A stretch of 64,000 nt of DNA. It comes from Clostridiales bacterium (GTDB lineage: Bacteria > Bacillota > Clostridia > Christensenellales > CAG-917). Positions 19,651 through 30,594 of the stretch are shown here, piece by piece. Position numbers and translations under genes: made by a program. The notes under the pieces are model-generated. The model worked only from the letters and a program-made list of their open reading frames with translations. It made no database searches and had not been told where the DNA came from. Positions within the stretch are counted from its first letter, which is position 1. Each line of letters opens with the position of its first letter. Location: positions 1,089,200 through 1,153,199 of the forward strand of contig CP091734.1 of assembly GCA_022009995.1 (NCBI GenBank). Direction: 5' to 3'.

Positions 19651-19678
19651 ATTATACCGCATTATGGCGTATTGTCAA
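19651..19678 (-). promoter_or_regulatory. Sigma-A-type promoter for the sRNA candidate
   Basis: Minus strand TTGACA (19678-19673), 16 nt spacer, TATAAT (19656-19651). Confidence 0.65.
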
Positions 19679-19799
19679 TACAATTTTATCATTTTGTCGA
19701 TAAATCGTGTCAAAGTGTTAGTTATTTTGACATAAAACGTTTGACAGTGTTTTTGATTATATGTATAATTAAAACATAATAAAATAATGAGGTTCGTTT

Positions 19800-20567
19800 A
19801 TGACAAGGGTTGCAAGGGGCAGCATTTTCAGCGGCGCAAAACATTTTCACGTTCTCACGGACGGTCTTCCCGGGCTTGACGTTTTCAGAGAGCCGAATAT
19901 GAAAAACTTTTATCTCATCACGGTTGAGGAAAAGGCAAAGGACACGGGTGTTTCCGTCCTTGCGTACTGCGTGATGCAAAATCACTCGCACCTTATCGTG
20001 ACTTCCGACGACGTCCAGAACATTTCGGAGTTTATGCGAAGGGTGAACACGACTTACGCCAAGTTTTTCAACCGCATAAACGGCAGGAGCGGATACGTCT
20101 TTAACGGAAGATACGAAAGCGACGCTCTTAAAACCCCCGATGAAATTCTTGCCGCGATATATTTCGTACACAACAATCCCGTGAAAGCGCGCGTCGCCGT
20201 CAACAGCGGGGAATATCTGTACAGCAGTGCGAAAGATTATCTCAATCAACTGAGTTTCATCGACTACAAGGAACTGAAAAGGCTTTTCAAAAAGGTGCCG
20301 GAACTTTCCTCGTACGGCGGCAGCACCGACGAATATAAATTCAAAGAGGCAAAACCTTACGAAAACTGCGACGACGTTCTGATGGACCTTATTCGTCGGT
20401 TCAACATCACCGACAAAGCCGCTCTTCAAGATCCCGAACTTCTGAAAACGATTATTTACGAATTGCAGACGAGAAGCGGCGTGTCCCTTCGCGACGTTGC
20501 GGTGCTTGTCGGGCTTGACCGCGAAAAGATCAGACGCACGGCAAAGAAAATAAATTACAACGTTTAA
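19800..20567 (+). CDS. IS200-like Y1 (HUH) transposase / REP-associated tyrosine transposase (RAYT)-like protein with C-terminal helix-turn-helix region
   Basis: HUH motif VMQNHSHLIV. Catalytic Tyr motif AAIYFVHNNPVKA. C-terminal ..SGVSLRDVAVLVGLDREKIRR resembles a DnaA-C-like HTH. No IS ends and no tnpB. Confidence 0.75.
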   Translation: MTRVARGSIFSGAKHFHVLTDGLPGLDVFREPNMKNFYLITVEEKAKDTGVSVLAYCVMQNHSHLIVTSDDVQNISEFMRRVNTTYAKFFNRINGRSGYVFNGRYESDALKTPDEILAAIYFVHNNPVKARVAVNSGEYLYSSAKDYLNQLSFIDYKELKRLFKKVPELSSYGGSTDEYKFKEAKPYENCDDVLMDLIRRFNITDKAALQDPELLKTIIYELQTRSGVSLRDVAVLVGLDREKIRRTAKKINYNV

Positions 20568-20606
20568 TAAAGTTATATAACCCCCCAAAAATTATATTGA
20601 AACAAG

Positions 20607-20654
20607 GCGGACGACGTATATTTCTCTCCTTTTATACGCCGTCCGCTTTGTTTT
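20607..20654 (+). terminator. Long hairpin/terminator downstream of the RAYT-like gene
   Basis: 14-bp stem GCGGACGACGTATA / TATACGCCGTCCGC (one mismatch) followed by TTTGTTTT. Confidence 0.6.
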
Positions 20655-20874
20655 ATCCCGCGTTTTTTTGACAAAAGTAAAAATTAAAAAATCGCAAGTC
20701 GTTTTTTTACAATTTGAAAAAATCCGCCGTGTAAAGCGCGATTTTCCTGCGATTTTGGACGCCTTAAAAACAAAACTTAGGATAAATATTGACTTTACTA
20801 TGTTTATATAATAAAATATATGCAAGAGATTTTTTCTCAAATAAAGTATTATCGGCAAAAAGAAGGAAAATTTT

Positions 20875-23800
20875 ATGAAAAAACTTTCGAGGTTGCTTTT
20901 AGTTTTGACGCTCGTACTGCTTATCGGATGCACGTCCGTGCTTCTCGTCGCGTGCGATGACGGTACCGATCAGGGTCCCGCCCCGACCACGCCGTCTTTC
21001 AGGGTGTCTTTCATGAAACTATCCCGAATCCGGCGAAGAAGACGTGGCTTTCACCAACGTCACGGTGCGACAGGGCAGAACGGTCAGCGCGTATGAAATT
21101 ACCGAAGACGACCGTCCCGCGGGATACGATTTCGTCGGTTGGTTTGTCGAAAAAGACGGTGACGAAAAATTCGATTTCGCAACGAAAATCACCCAAAACG
21201 TCAAAATTTACGCCCACTGGACGGAAAACGGAAAATCCACGGAAGCCGACCTTAAAGGCGGCGTTTTCACGCAGGAAAAAGTGAAAATCAAAACCAAAGA
21301 AGGCGAAAAGGAAGTCGATAACGGCGTTTGGAGATACGTCACGGGCGCAAATAACGAAATCGCGCACGAAGAGTCGCGTTTCGACTTCGATACCGATGTT
21401 TTAAGAAAGTTAAAAGCGGCAAGCCCGAAAACCACGTATTCGGTATGGAAGGACGAAGAATGTAGCCTGACCATAAATAACGACGCAACAAACCTTGTCG
21501 TAAACCTTAAAAACGGCGACAACGTTTACTATATCAAAGCGGTTGCGGAAGACAGCAAAGTCACCGCTGTTTACAAAATCAACGTATATCTTGAACCGAA
21601 ATACGACGTGAGCGTCATAAGGATTCAGGGTAATTACGAGTCCGCGATCCCGATTTACGACGTCGCAAAGGGACAAAGGGCCACCGAGCCGAGCATCGCC
21701 ACGTACGTCGGACACACCTTCGACGGCTGGTATTATTACTCGGAAGAAAAAAGAAACGATAAAGGACAAATTGTCGACGCGGACGAAGACAGCGGCAATA
21801 TCCTTGTGAAAGTCGGCGATAAGTACTACCTTGCGGACGAAAACGGCAACAGAAGGTTCGCATACGAAGACGCAAACGGCAGAAAAGTCGTATTGTATAA
21901 GGAAAATATTATCTGACCGATAAATCGGGCGCGCGCCTTGCTGACGAAGCGACCGAAATCTACAACCGCCTTGACGAAAACGGATTGCCCGTTTATGACG
22001 AAGGCAAACCAATCAAAGTAGGCTCGAAAACCGAATATAAATGGGACTTCAACGTAAACGTCATTGACCGCGAAGACATCACCGTGTTCGGTAAATGGAC
22101 AACCAATACATACTCGATCACGCTCAAAATCTCGGAAGCGGATAAGGCAAATGGCGCAAAATTCGCAAAAACCAACGAAACCGAACTCTTTATCGGCGGC
22201 GTAAACTTCGGCGCGACCGATAAAGCGATTGCACAGCTTATAAGCAACAAAATCGGCGAAACGACCGACAGCAGTCGCCCGGTTGAAAAACCTTTTGCGA
22301 CGTTCGCAGGCTGGTATTATACCGATGACCTGGGCAACGAAATCAAAGTCGTTGACGAAAACGGCAACGGCGTCCATGCGTTCGACTTTGCAAAAGATAT
22401 CGATCTTGTCGCAAAATTCAACGCAGTCACTTACAAACTCGTCGTGAACGCAAACGACGACTCAATGATGCAGGAAGTTACGGGCAGCAACGACGCGTGG
22501 CCTTACGACCAGAAAGCGACGTTCACCGCAAACCCGAAAGACGGCTATACGCTTGTCCGCTGGCTTTTGAACGACGAAGAATACGCCCCGTTCGGCGCGA
22601 ACAAGAGCGTTGAATACAATATCGACGAAAAGCACGTCATCAATAAGACGATTACCTTCACGGCAGTATTTGCCCCGAAAGACATCAACGTAACCCTCGT
22701 GGACACCGTTGACAACTACGGCAAGACGTTCGTCGTGAAATACAATTCCGACGTCGTTTTGGGACAAGACGCGATCCCCGACGTTCCGAAACTGTCAAAC
22801 GACGGGACGAAACGCTTCATCGGCTGGTATTATCTTGACTCGGAAGGTACAAAAACCTACGTCGTGAAATACAACGTCAACAAAAACGAAATTCTTGTCG
22901 GCAAATGGGCGTTCACGGAAGACGTAACTCTCACCGCAGAATGGCAGCCGTACGAGTTCCATATCGCGATTTACAAGGCAAAATCAAAGATCGCAATGCC
23001 CGACGCGGATATGGGCGCAGTCAATATCGACACGGGTTGGGACGCTTGGACGAAACTTACCGGGAGCGCCAAACTTGAACTTGATGGAAGCACCGAAGAA
23101 TACGACCTTGAAGGCTATACGAAGCCGTTTGACAACAACGCCGAATTCAGAGTTACGGCAAGCGTTTCGGACAACAATTATTACGTCTTCAAATGCTGGA
23201 AACGCCTGACTGCGGACGGACAACTCGTGGACGTTGCGGAAGGCGAAGTTGAGAATAATCAACTTAAAGTAAAAGTGCAGGAACAAGACGTCGCGTACGT
23301 TGCGATTCTGGACTATAAACCCGTAACCGTTACGTTCGACCGCGGCGACGCACCCGAACGGTTGTCGTTCCCGAAAACGTGAACGTTGACTTCAACAAAC
23401 CGCTGGCACTCAAAGTGCCCGAAGGCGCGCCCACCGAAAAAACCTTTGCGGGTTGGTGGTACGGCGAAGTTCAGTACACCGGCGCGGACGGCACAAGCGT
23501 CGATTACAAAACGATTACCGATCCCGAATTCATTAAAAACGGTATCAAACTTACCGCAAAATGGGTTCCCATCGAATACTTCGTCATCGAAAACGGCGTT
23601 ATCGTCGGCATCGATGAAAACAAGGCGAAGAAGGGCGATTCCTATAAAACCGAATTCACGATAAACTTCGACGACGCAGTCCACGCAATAAAAGACGGCG
23701 CGTTCAAAAACAATAAGTTTATCAGAAAGATTACGATAAAAGGCAACATTCAGACCATCGGCGAAGAAGCATTTGCAAACAGCAATATCGAAGTAGTCGT

Positions 23801-26198
23801 GTTCGAAGGCAACTTCAAAGGGCTTGCCATCGGCGCGGGCGCGTTCCGTAATTGCGTAAGGATCACGGCGATCGCGCTTCCCGACAACGTGGAACAAATC
23901 GGCGATAACGTGTTTGAAGGCTGCTATAACCTTACAACTCTTGCGTACTCCGCAGAAATCCCGCTCGGCAGACTGTTCACGACCGTAAACCCGCAAAACG
24001 ACAACTGGTATCCGAAGGCGGTACAGGGCGGCGTTACCTATTATCTGCCCAAGAAACTGAAAGAAATCGTCGTTACCAACACCGCTACGGCGATTGCGGA
24101 TTACGCATTCCAGAACGCATCGCAACTCACGAAAGTCACGCTTGCAACCGCAAAGACGATAAACCTTACACGACGAAATCGGCAACTATGCTTTTGCAAA
24201 CACCGGCAGCATCGAAGTAAATCTCGGCAGCGTCGAAATTATCGGCAACTCCGCATTCAGAAACAGCGGCATCGCGACGGTTGAGTTCATCGCGCTCAAA
24301 AAACTTGGCGTAGACGCATTCAACGGTACGACAAACGTTACGGTCGTAGATTTCAGCAAGGCACCCATCGACAACGTTTCGGCAAGAGCGTTTGCGAACT
24401 CGTCGATTGCAAGAGTCAACTTTGGCGGTATTAAGACAATTTCGATGAGCGCGTTTGCGGACAGCCAACTTTCGATTGTTTCTGACGGCGATAGCGTCGA
24501 AACGATTAAGAAGATGGCGTTCTATAAGACCAAAATCAACTCGGTTGGTATTTTCCAGAACGTCGTCGATATCGAAGAAAAAGCGTTCCACGAAACGGAC
24601 TTCTTCAACACCGCAAGCGGACTTGTCATCATCGGTAAAGTTTTGTATTACGACAAGAGCGAAGGCGGCAGCTACTCGGTCGATACGCGCGTCGTTTCGA
24701 TTGCTCCGTATGCGTTTGAAAGCACGCAATACGCAACGCTCGACCTTGGGGGCTTCTCCGAACCTTAAATATGTCGGAAGTTTCGCCTTTGCAAACAATG
24801 CGAACATTGTGGAAGTAAAGCTTCCCGCGTCGCTTTCCGACATCAAGGACAGCGCGTTCAAAGGTTCGTCAATCAAGAAATCAACCTGTCGGAATGCAGC
24901 AATATTTCAAGAATCTGGCAATATGCGTTTGCGGACTGCAAAAACCTTGACACAATTACGTTTGCAACCTTTACGTCAACCGACGATATGGCTGTGAAAC
25001 TTGCGATAAACGACTACGCATTTATGGGCTGCACGGCGCTTGTAACGCTCAATCTGCCCGAAAACCTCGGCACGCTCGACTCGTACGCGTTCAAGGGCTG
25101 CACGGCTCTTAAAACCGTAAACTTCGTCGCAAATGCGAAATTCATTACGCCCGAAACGACGGAAGGCGGCACCGATCCTGCGCCCGCGGCATACGACCCG
25201 GCAGGTCTTGTTACGACAATCGGCGACGGCGCATTTATGGATTGCACGTCCTTGACGACGATAACTCTGCCGTACTTCATCGCACGTATCGGCAACTCCG
25301 CATTTGAAAACTGCACGGTGCTTGCTACTTTCACGACGATGGACGGCGCAGACAAAAAGACCGCCGCGCTTCGTACAATCGGCGACAGAGCGTTCTTGGC
25401 AACACAAGCCTTAATAACGTTGACGTGAACACCACTAAGGGCGTCAACACCATCGGCGTATCGGCTTTTGAAAACTGCGGACAACTTGCAACGATTAACC
25501 TTAGCGGCGTGACCAGGTTTGTAGAAGGCGTGTTCAGAAACGCAAAAGCGTTGAAGAGCGTCACTATGAGCGCAAACGCAAGCATTTACGTCGGACAAGA
25601 AGCGTTCAGAAACTGCGTAACCTTGACGAATATCACCGCAAGAATCGCGGCGGTTGACGACGGCGCGTTCAGAAACTGCATAAGTTTAAGGGCGATTACG
25701 TTTGCGTCAAGCGGCATCGAATACATCGGCAGCAACGCGTTCAACGGTTGCGTGCTTATCCAGAAAGTTTCGATCCCGTCATCGGTCGTCGCAATCGGCG
25801 ATTCGGCATTCGACGGCTGCCGCGGCATTACGTCGCTCACATTTGAATCCGACGAAACGCTGCACACGATCGGCTACTCGGCATTCGGCGGCTGCTCGCT
25901 TCTGACAAGGGTTATTCTTCCTTCGTCGCTTGTCGAACTTAACGCGTCGGCATTCTATGGCTGCTCGGATCTTAAATACGTCGAATTCGGCGAAAATATC
26001 CAGACTGTCGGCGAGGACGCTTTCGCTCTTTGCGCGACCGGTCTCGAAGTAAGATTTACCGGCAAGACCGTTCCCGTCTTCACGGGCGACATCTTCACCG
26101 CAACCGAAGGAGCGAAGATCAGCGTAAGACAGGGCTACAAAGCCACTTTCGAGGCGGTACTCGGCACCAAGTACACGATCGTCGAATACACCGCTTAA
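20875..26198 (+). CDS. Giant (~1770 aa) surface lipoprotein: lipobox signal, multiple InlB B-repeat (Listeria-Bacteroides repeat) modules, C-terminal BspA-type leucine-rich repeats; seven apparent frameshifts (~21012, ~21910, ~23355, ~24165, ~24750, ~24878, ~25399)
   Basis: Signal MKKLSRLLLVLTLVLLIGCTSVLLVAC. Repeats of the G(Y/H)xFxGW(Y/F) type (GYDFVGWF, GHTFDGWYY, ATFAGWYY, KRFIGWYY, KTFAGWWY). More than 15 LRR_5-like units (IGxxAFxxCxxLxxVxLP). All eight ORF fragments read continuously when the frames are joined. Confidence 0.8.
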
Positions 26199-26216
26199 TC
26201 GAAATTAAGCATACTT

Positions 26217-26249
26217 CCTCACGGCGAAAGCCGTGGGGAATTTTTTTTT
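26217..26249 (+). terminator. Rho-independent terminator
   Basis: CCTCACGGC-GAAA-GCCGTGGGG followed by T9. Confidence 0.8.
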
Positions 26250-26254
26250 GAATT

Positions 26255-27433
26255 ATGAAAATTTACGACCTTATTATCGTTGGCGGCGGTATCGGCGGAA
26301 TGACCGCTGCCGCCCGCGTTAAAAACAAAAGCGTTCTGATCCTGGACGCAAACGACAGAATCGGCAAAAAACTGCTGTCGACGGGCGCGGGGAAGTGCAA
26401 TTTCCTGAACGAAAACTTCGACGTCGGGAAATATAACGACGGGAGTTTCGTTTCGGCAACGTTTGAAAAGTACGGTTTTTTTGAAATCAAAAAGTTTTTT
26501 GAAAGTCTGGGACTGCTTATGCGGTTTGACGAAGAAGGCAGGGGTTATCCGCTGTCGGAGTCGGCAAACACCGTGCTTGACGCATATCGCCGCGCGCTTC
26601 AAAAAAACGGGGTGGAAGTCAGAACGTCTGCACTCGTCACGAAAATATCGAAACAAAACGACTGTCAAGGTTTCTTGCGACGTTGATTATTACGGAAAGA
26701 ACGTGTTTTTCGCGACGGGCAGCAATGCGGGATTCGGATACGATTCCACGGGCGTTCTTTCGGACTTTGCAAACGTCAGAAAGTTCACGCCGTCGCTTGC
26801 GCCGCTTTCAACCGACACGACGTACATCAAAGGGCTGAACGGCGTCAGGGTAAAGGCAAAGGTCGGCTTAATAGTTAATAGCAAGGTCGTGCACGAAGAA
26901 TACGGCGAGGTGCTGTTCAAGTCGTTCGGACTGTCAGGCATTGCGACGTTCAATAATTCGGCGTACTATGCGCGTCTCGGCGCGCCGAAAAACGCATATC
27001 TTTCGTTAAACTTTCTGAATGAAAGCAAAAACGAAACTTTTTTGATACTGAAAGGCTGAAAGAATTTTCAAATGACGTCGGGGAACTGCTTTCGGGCGCG
27101 TTCCATAAGATGATCGCGCAACAGATTCTGAATATGGCGGGCATACAGGGAAGTGCGGAAGCGACCGACGAAAATCTGCAAAAACTTGCCGACGTCGTTT
27201 CCGATTTCAGAATCAAAATCACGGGCGTTTCCGATAAGTCGCTTGCACAGGTTATGAGCGGCGGTATCGACGCGTCGTGCGTAAATAAAAACACCCTTGA
27301 AATCAAGGGCGTTAATAATCTTTTTGTCGGCGGAGAGATTCTTAATATCGACGGGCTTTCGGGCGGCTACAACATAATGTGGGCGGTTGCGTCCGCAATT
27401 AAAGTTTCCGACGAAATATCAGAAAAGCCTTAA
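26255..27433 (+). CDS. HI0933/BaiN-family NAD(P)/FAD-dependent oxidoreductase; two apparent frameshifts (~26660, ~27055)
   Basis: YDLIIVGGGIGGMTAAA...GKKLLSTGAGKCN at the N-terminus and ..LAQVMSGGIDASCVN..GGEILNIDGLSGGYN at the C-terminus. Three ORF fragments join. Confidence 0.8.
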
Positions 27434-28361
27434 ATCGTTGCCGTCAATGTTGGAAATAATCGTTTTGTTCACGTTGAAAAGTCGTGAGAAAACGCGCTCG
27501 TTATAGGAGTTTTTGAGTTGTTCTTCGTTGAGGTTTGTTGTCACAAACACGGGTTTATCGGCTTTTTCGCGCTCGTCAAGTATCTTTAAGAGATATTCGT
27601 CGGTAACGTTTTTGATTTTTTGCTCGCTTCCCAAATCGTCTATGATAAGCAGATCGCAGTCGATGACGTCGGCAAGGTATACGTCGCGCTCCGACACGAA
27701 CGACGTGTGGTACGACAGCATAAGGGAATTCAGTTTGATTGCCGAAACGTACAAAACGCTGAATCCGTTTTTCATAAACTCGTTTGCGACGGCGTACATA
27801 AGATAACTTTTGCCGACGCCCGTGCCGCCCATTATGAGGGCGTTTTTATATTTCACGGAAGGATATTTGTCGCAATATTTTTTGAAAAGTTTATAGTTGG
27901 ACTCCAACTTTTTTCTTTGTTTCGCGTCCTTGATTTTTGAAAAATCGACGTCGGAAAACGTGACGTTTCGGATTTGCCCGATGCCGAGAAAATCGCATAA
28001 AGTTTCGTAATAACGCTTTTTGAAACAATCGCAGAATTTGCCCGAAAGCACGCCCGTGTCGTTGCACGTTTCGCAGTCGAATTTCGGCAAAAAGTCGCTT
28101 TCGCGCATGCCCATACGTTTAAGGGTTGCGGCGCGCTCCTTTTCAAGAAGTTTATTTTTTGAAGTTCGTCCGACGCGTCCTGTTTTCTCGCCTGTTTTAA
28201 TACGACGTCGAAGTTCAAGGAAGAAAGCTCCTTTGTTATGCGTCTGAAATCGTCGTTTCCATTGCGCGGGCAAGGTTATTGTCGGCGACTTCGACCGCGC
28301 GGTCATGTTTCAATTTGTATTCGTCCTTAACGGCAAGGACGATTTTTCCGCTTTTCATCAT
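27419..28361 (-). CDS. DnaC/DnaI-like helicase loader ATPase; two apparent frameshifts (~28157 in a T6 run, ~28255)
   Basis: Walker A IMGGTGVGKSY, Walker B DLLIIDDLG, zinc-ribbon-like CETCNDTG..CDC. ATGATGA overlap with the upstream dnaD-like gene. Confidence 0.8.
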
Positions 28362-29805
28362 ATATCGTATTCCTCGATGTCGGGAACGTTTTTGAAGATG
28401 CTGTCAAGTTGTTCCTTGGTGTATTCGCGTTCCGTGAAGTTTTTCGCCGACGACTTCGGATTTTCGACGGCGATTGCCGATTTTTTGGCTTGTTCCAGCG
28501 TGGTTATGTGCGCGTCGTGCCACTTTGCAAGTTGCTTATTGATAAATTGCAGTGGGAAGCGGCTGTTTGAGGAAAGTTCCGCGGCGTACAGAATAAGGTC
28601 GTCGGGCATGCCCCATTCGGTGCACCAGACGCGGTAATATTCGCGGTCGTTTTGCGAAACGAACCTGTTTGTCCCGGCAAGCGACAGAACTTTTTTGATG
28701 AACTCGTCGTTCTGGATTTGTCTGTCGATGTAATCGCGTATGGATTCGGACGTGATGCAGCCTTCCTTATAAAAGTGCATTACGGTCAGGTTCATACCCT
28801 GCAAGGTTTTGACGTTTGAAGTGAAGCAATATTTCGCGATGTCGAGCAGGGCGTCGTCGTCGAAGCCTTTTGAAAGCCACGGGCTGACGTATGTTTCGAT
28901 AATATAATCCAGGCTGTCGTAAAACACGCCGATCGTGCGGTTGATTTTTACGGCAAGGTCGTGGTAATGTTCGCGCTCCTTGACGTACTCGCTCATTTCG
29001 GACTCGGTAAACTTATTCAGACGGTAATATTCGTCAAGGACGGCGTCAAGTTTTTTGAAACCGCCTTTGTTTTTGCATTGTTTTGCCGCAAAAAGTATCG
29101 CGGGCATATCGAAGCCCCAGTTTTTCGTCCATTTGACAAGCATTTGTTTTTCTTCGATATCGGTTGAACCGCGGCGACCGAGAGCGCGCATAAGAGAGCG
29201 CATATCTTCGTCAAGAGAGTTGAACTCGTTGAGTTTGCCTCCACGTCCTCGACAGTCCTTACGCCTTCGCGCGCCCAGTTTCTTGCAACGGCGTTGATGT
29301 AAGGATAGCGCACGGTCGTGCCCTTATAGTTGATGCAATACTGGATAATCATAAGCATTGCGTCGGGCTGAATTTTCGTGCTGTCCATCACGTCGTAGTA
29401 CTGCAAATACTCGTTGGGCATAATCTGACGGGTGTTGAAAAGTCGTTGCGCCTCCACGTTGAAGTCGGAGAATTTCCCCGAAGCGTACTTTTTCGGGGGC
29501 TGTTTTGCGCCTTTTATCGACAAATATCTGACTTCCAGCGGGTTCACGGAAATGATTTCCAAAAGCCCCTGATTCTGCCAATACTTGAAAATTTCAAGGA
29601 TTTTATCTTCGTCCATATCAAGGACTTTCGCGAAACTTTCAACCGAGTTGTCGCGTCCCGATGGATTTGTGCAAAGATATAACCCATAAAGGTATACCTT
29701 TATGTACCCTTCTTCGGCATAGGGCAGATATTCATTCATAAAAAGATTATCGACGAGCGTGAACGACTCCATCAGATAATCGCTTGAAAACTTGCAAAAC
29801 GACAT
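28358..29805 (-). CDS. DnaD-domain replication initiation/membrane attachment protein (B. subtilis DnaB-like); frameshift ~29235
   Basis: Starts MSFCKFSSDYL (ATG 29805). DnaD-like repeats (..YINAVARNWAREGVRTVEDVEA.. and ..FINKQLAKWHDAHITTLEQAKK..). Paired with the loader gene as in dnaB-dnaI operons. Confidence 0.7.
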
Positions 29806-29974
29806 TTTTATAACCCTTTCAAAAAAAATCGACCTTGTAATTTTCGTTACAAAGGCGTATAATAAACGGTAAGTGAAAGTATAGCACGAATCGCGCGTGA
29901 ACGGTAAGCAAAAATACGCGCTTTTTGAAAATTTACAATATATTGTGATAACAAAAAAAACCGACACAAATGTG

Positions 29975-30496
29975 TCAGTTCTCTTTCGTTTCGTCGGCGG
30001 GGGTTTCGTCAAGAAAAGCCTTCCTCGTCACAAGCGACGGCACTTTCTTTTTGATAAGCAAAACAAGCGGCACGCCGATGAAGAATATCACGACTGCTTC
30101 GGACAGAGTAATCGAAATAAGATTTACCCAGTACGCCGCGTCCGTGCCCAGAAGATACCACATCAGCGGCAGCACAAGAGCATTGAGAAGTACCGGCGGC
30201 AACCCGGCAAGCCAGGCGTTTTTAATCTTTGACGTCAGTATGCCGGCAATAAGCGTCGCAAGCGAGCCGAAAATCACGTCGTACACGGGGAAGGTCGAAA
30301 ACGCGTTCGCGGCGGCGCAACCTATCGTTATCCCCAGAATGCTTTCGGGCATAATATAAGGAAGCATGACAAGCGCTTCGCTCAGCCTGAACTGAACGGG
30401 ACCGAACGATATGGGTTGCAGTAATAAGGTCAGCGCGAAATACATTGCCGCGACCACGGCGGAATAAGCGATTTTTTTAACGGGAATCCTTTTCAC
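29975..30496 (-). CDS. queT: QueT queuosine-precursor transporter (ECF S-component-like)
   Basis: GTG start at 30496. Polytopic membrane protein ..FGPVQFRLSEAL..GCAAANAF..DVIFGSLATLIAG.. preceded by a preQ1 riboswitch. Confidence 0.75.
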   Translation of the reverse strand: MKRIPVKKIAYSAVVAAMYFALTLLLQPISFGPVQFRLSEALVMLPYIMPESILGITIGCAAANAFSTFPVYDVIFGSLATLIAGILTSKIKNAWLAGLPPVLLNALVLPLMWYLLGTDAAYWVNLISITLSEAVVIFFIGVPLVLLIKKKVPSLVTRKAFLDETPADETKEN

Positions 30497-30502
30497 AAAG
30501 CA

Positions 30503-30540
30503 CCTCGGTTTTTTTATTGATGTGTTTTCCGAAAACCATC
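30503..30540 (-). promoter_or_regulatory. preQ1-I riboswitch (translational, sequesters the SD)
   Basis: Minus strand GAUGGUUUUCGGAAAACACAUCAAUAAAAAAACCGAGG. P1 is GAUG/CAUC, followed by an A-rich tail. Pseudoknot P2 pairs UCGG with CCGA and overlaps the SD GAGG, 6 nt before the GTG. The layout mirrors B. subtilis queC AGAGGUUCUAGCUACACCCUCUAUAAAAAACUAAGG. Confidence 0.6.
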
Positions 30541-30594
30541 AAGCGCACTATAACACAAAAAACTTAATTTGACAACACTTTTAAGGAGATATTT

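Noticed and set aside
27419-29805. The DnaD-domain plus DnaC-like ATPase pair read as a phage or plasmid replication module, hinting at a prophage
   Set aside because: There is no integrase, repressor, structural or lysis gene, and no att-like repeat nearby. The flanks are housekeeping genes (queT, an oxidoreductase). The arrangement matches the chromosomal dnaB-dnaI primosome operon of Bacillota.
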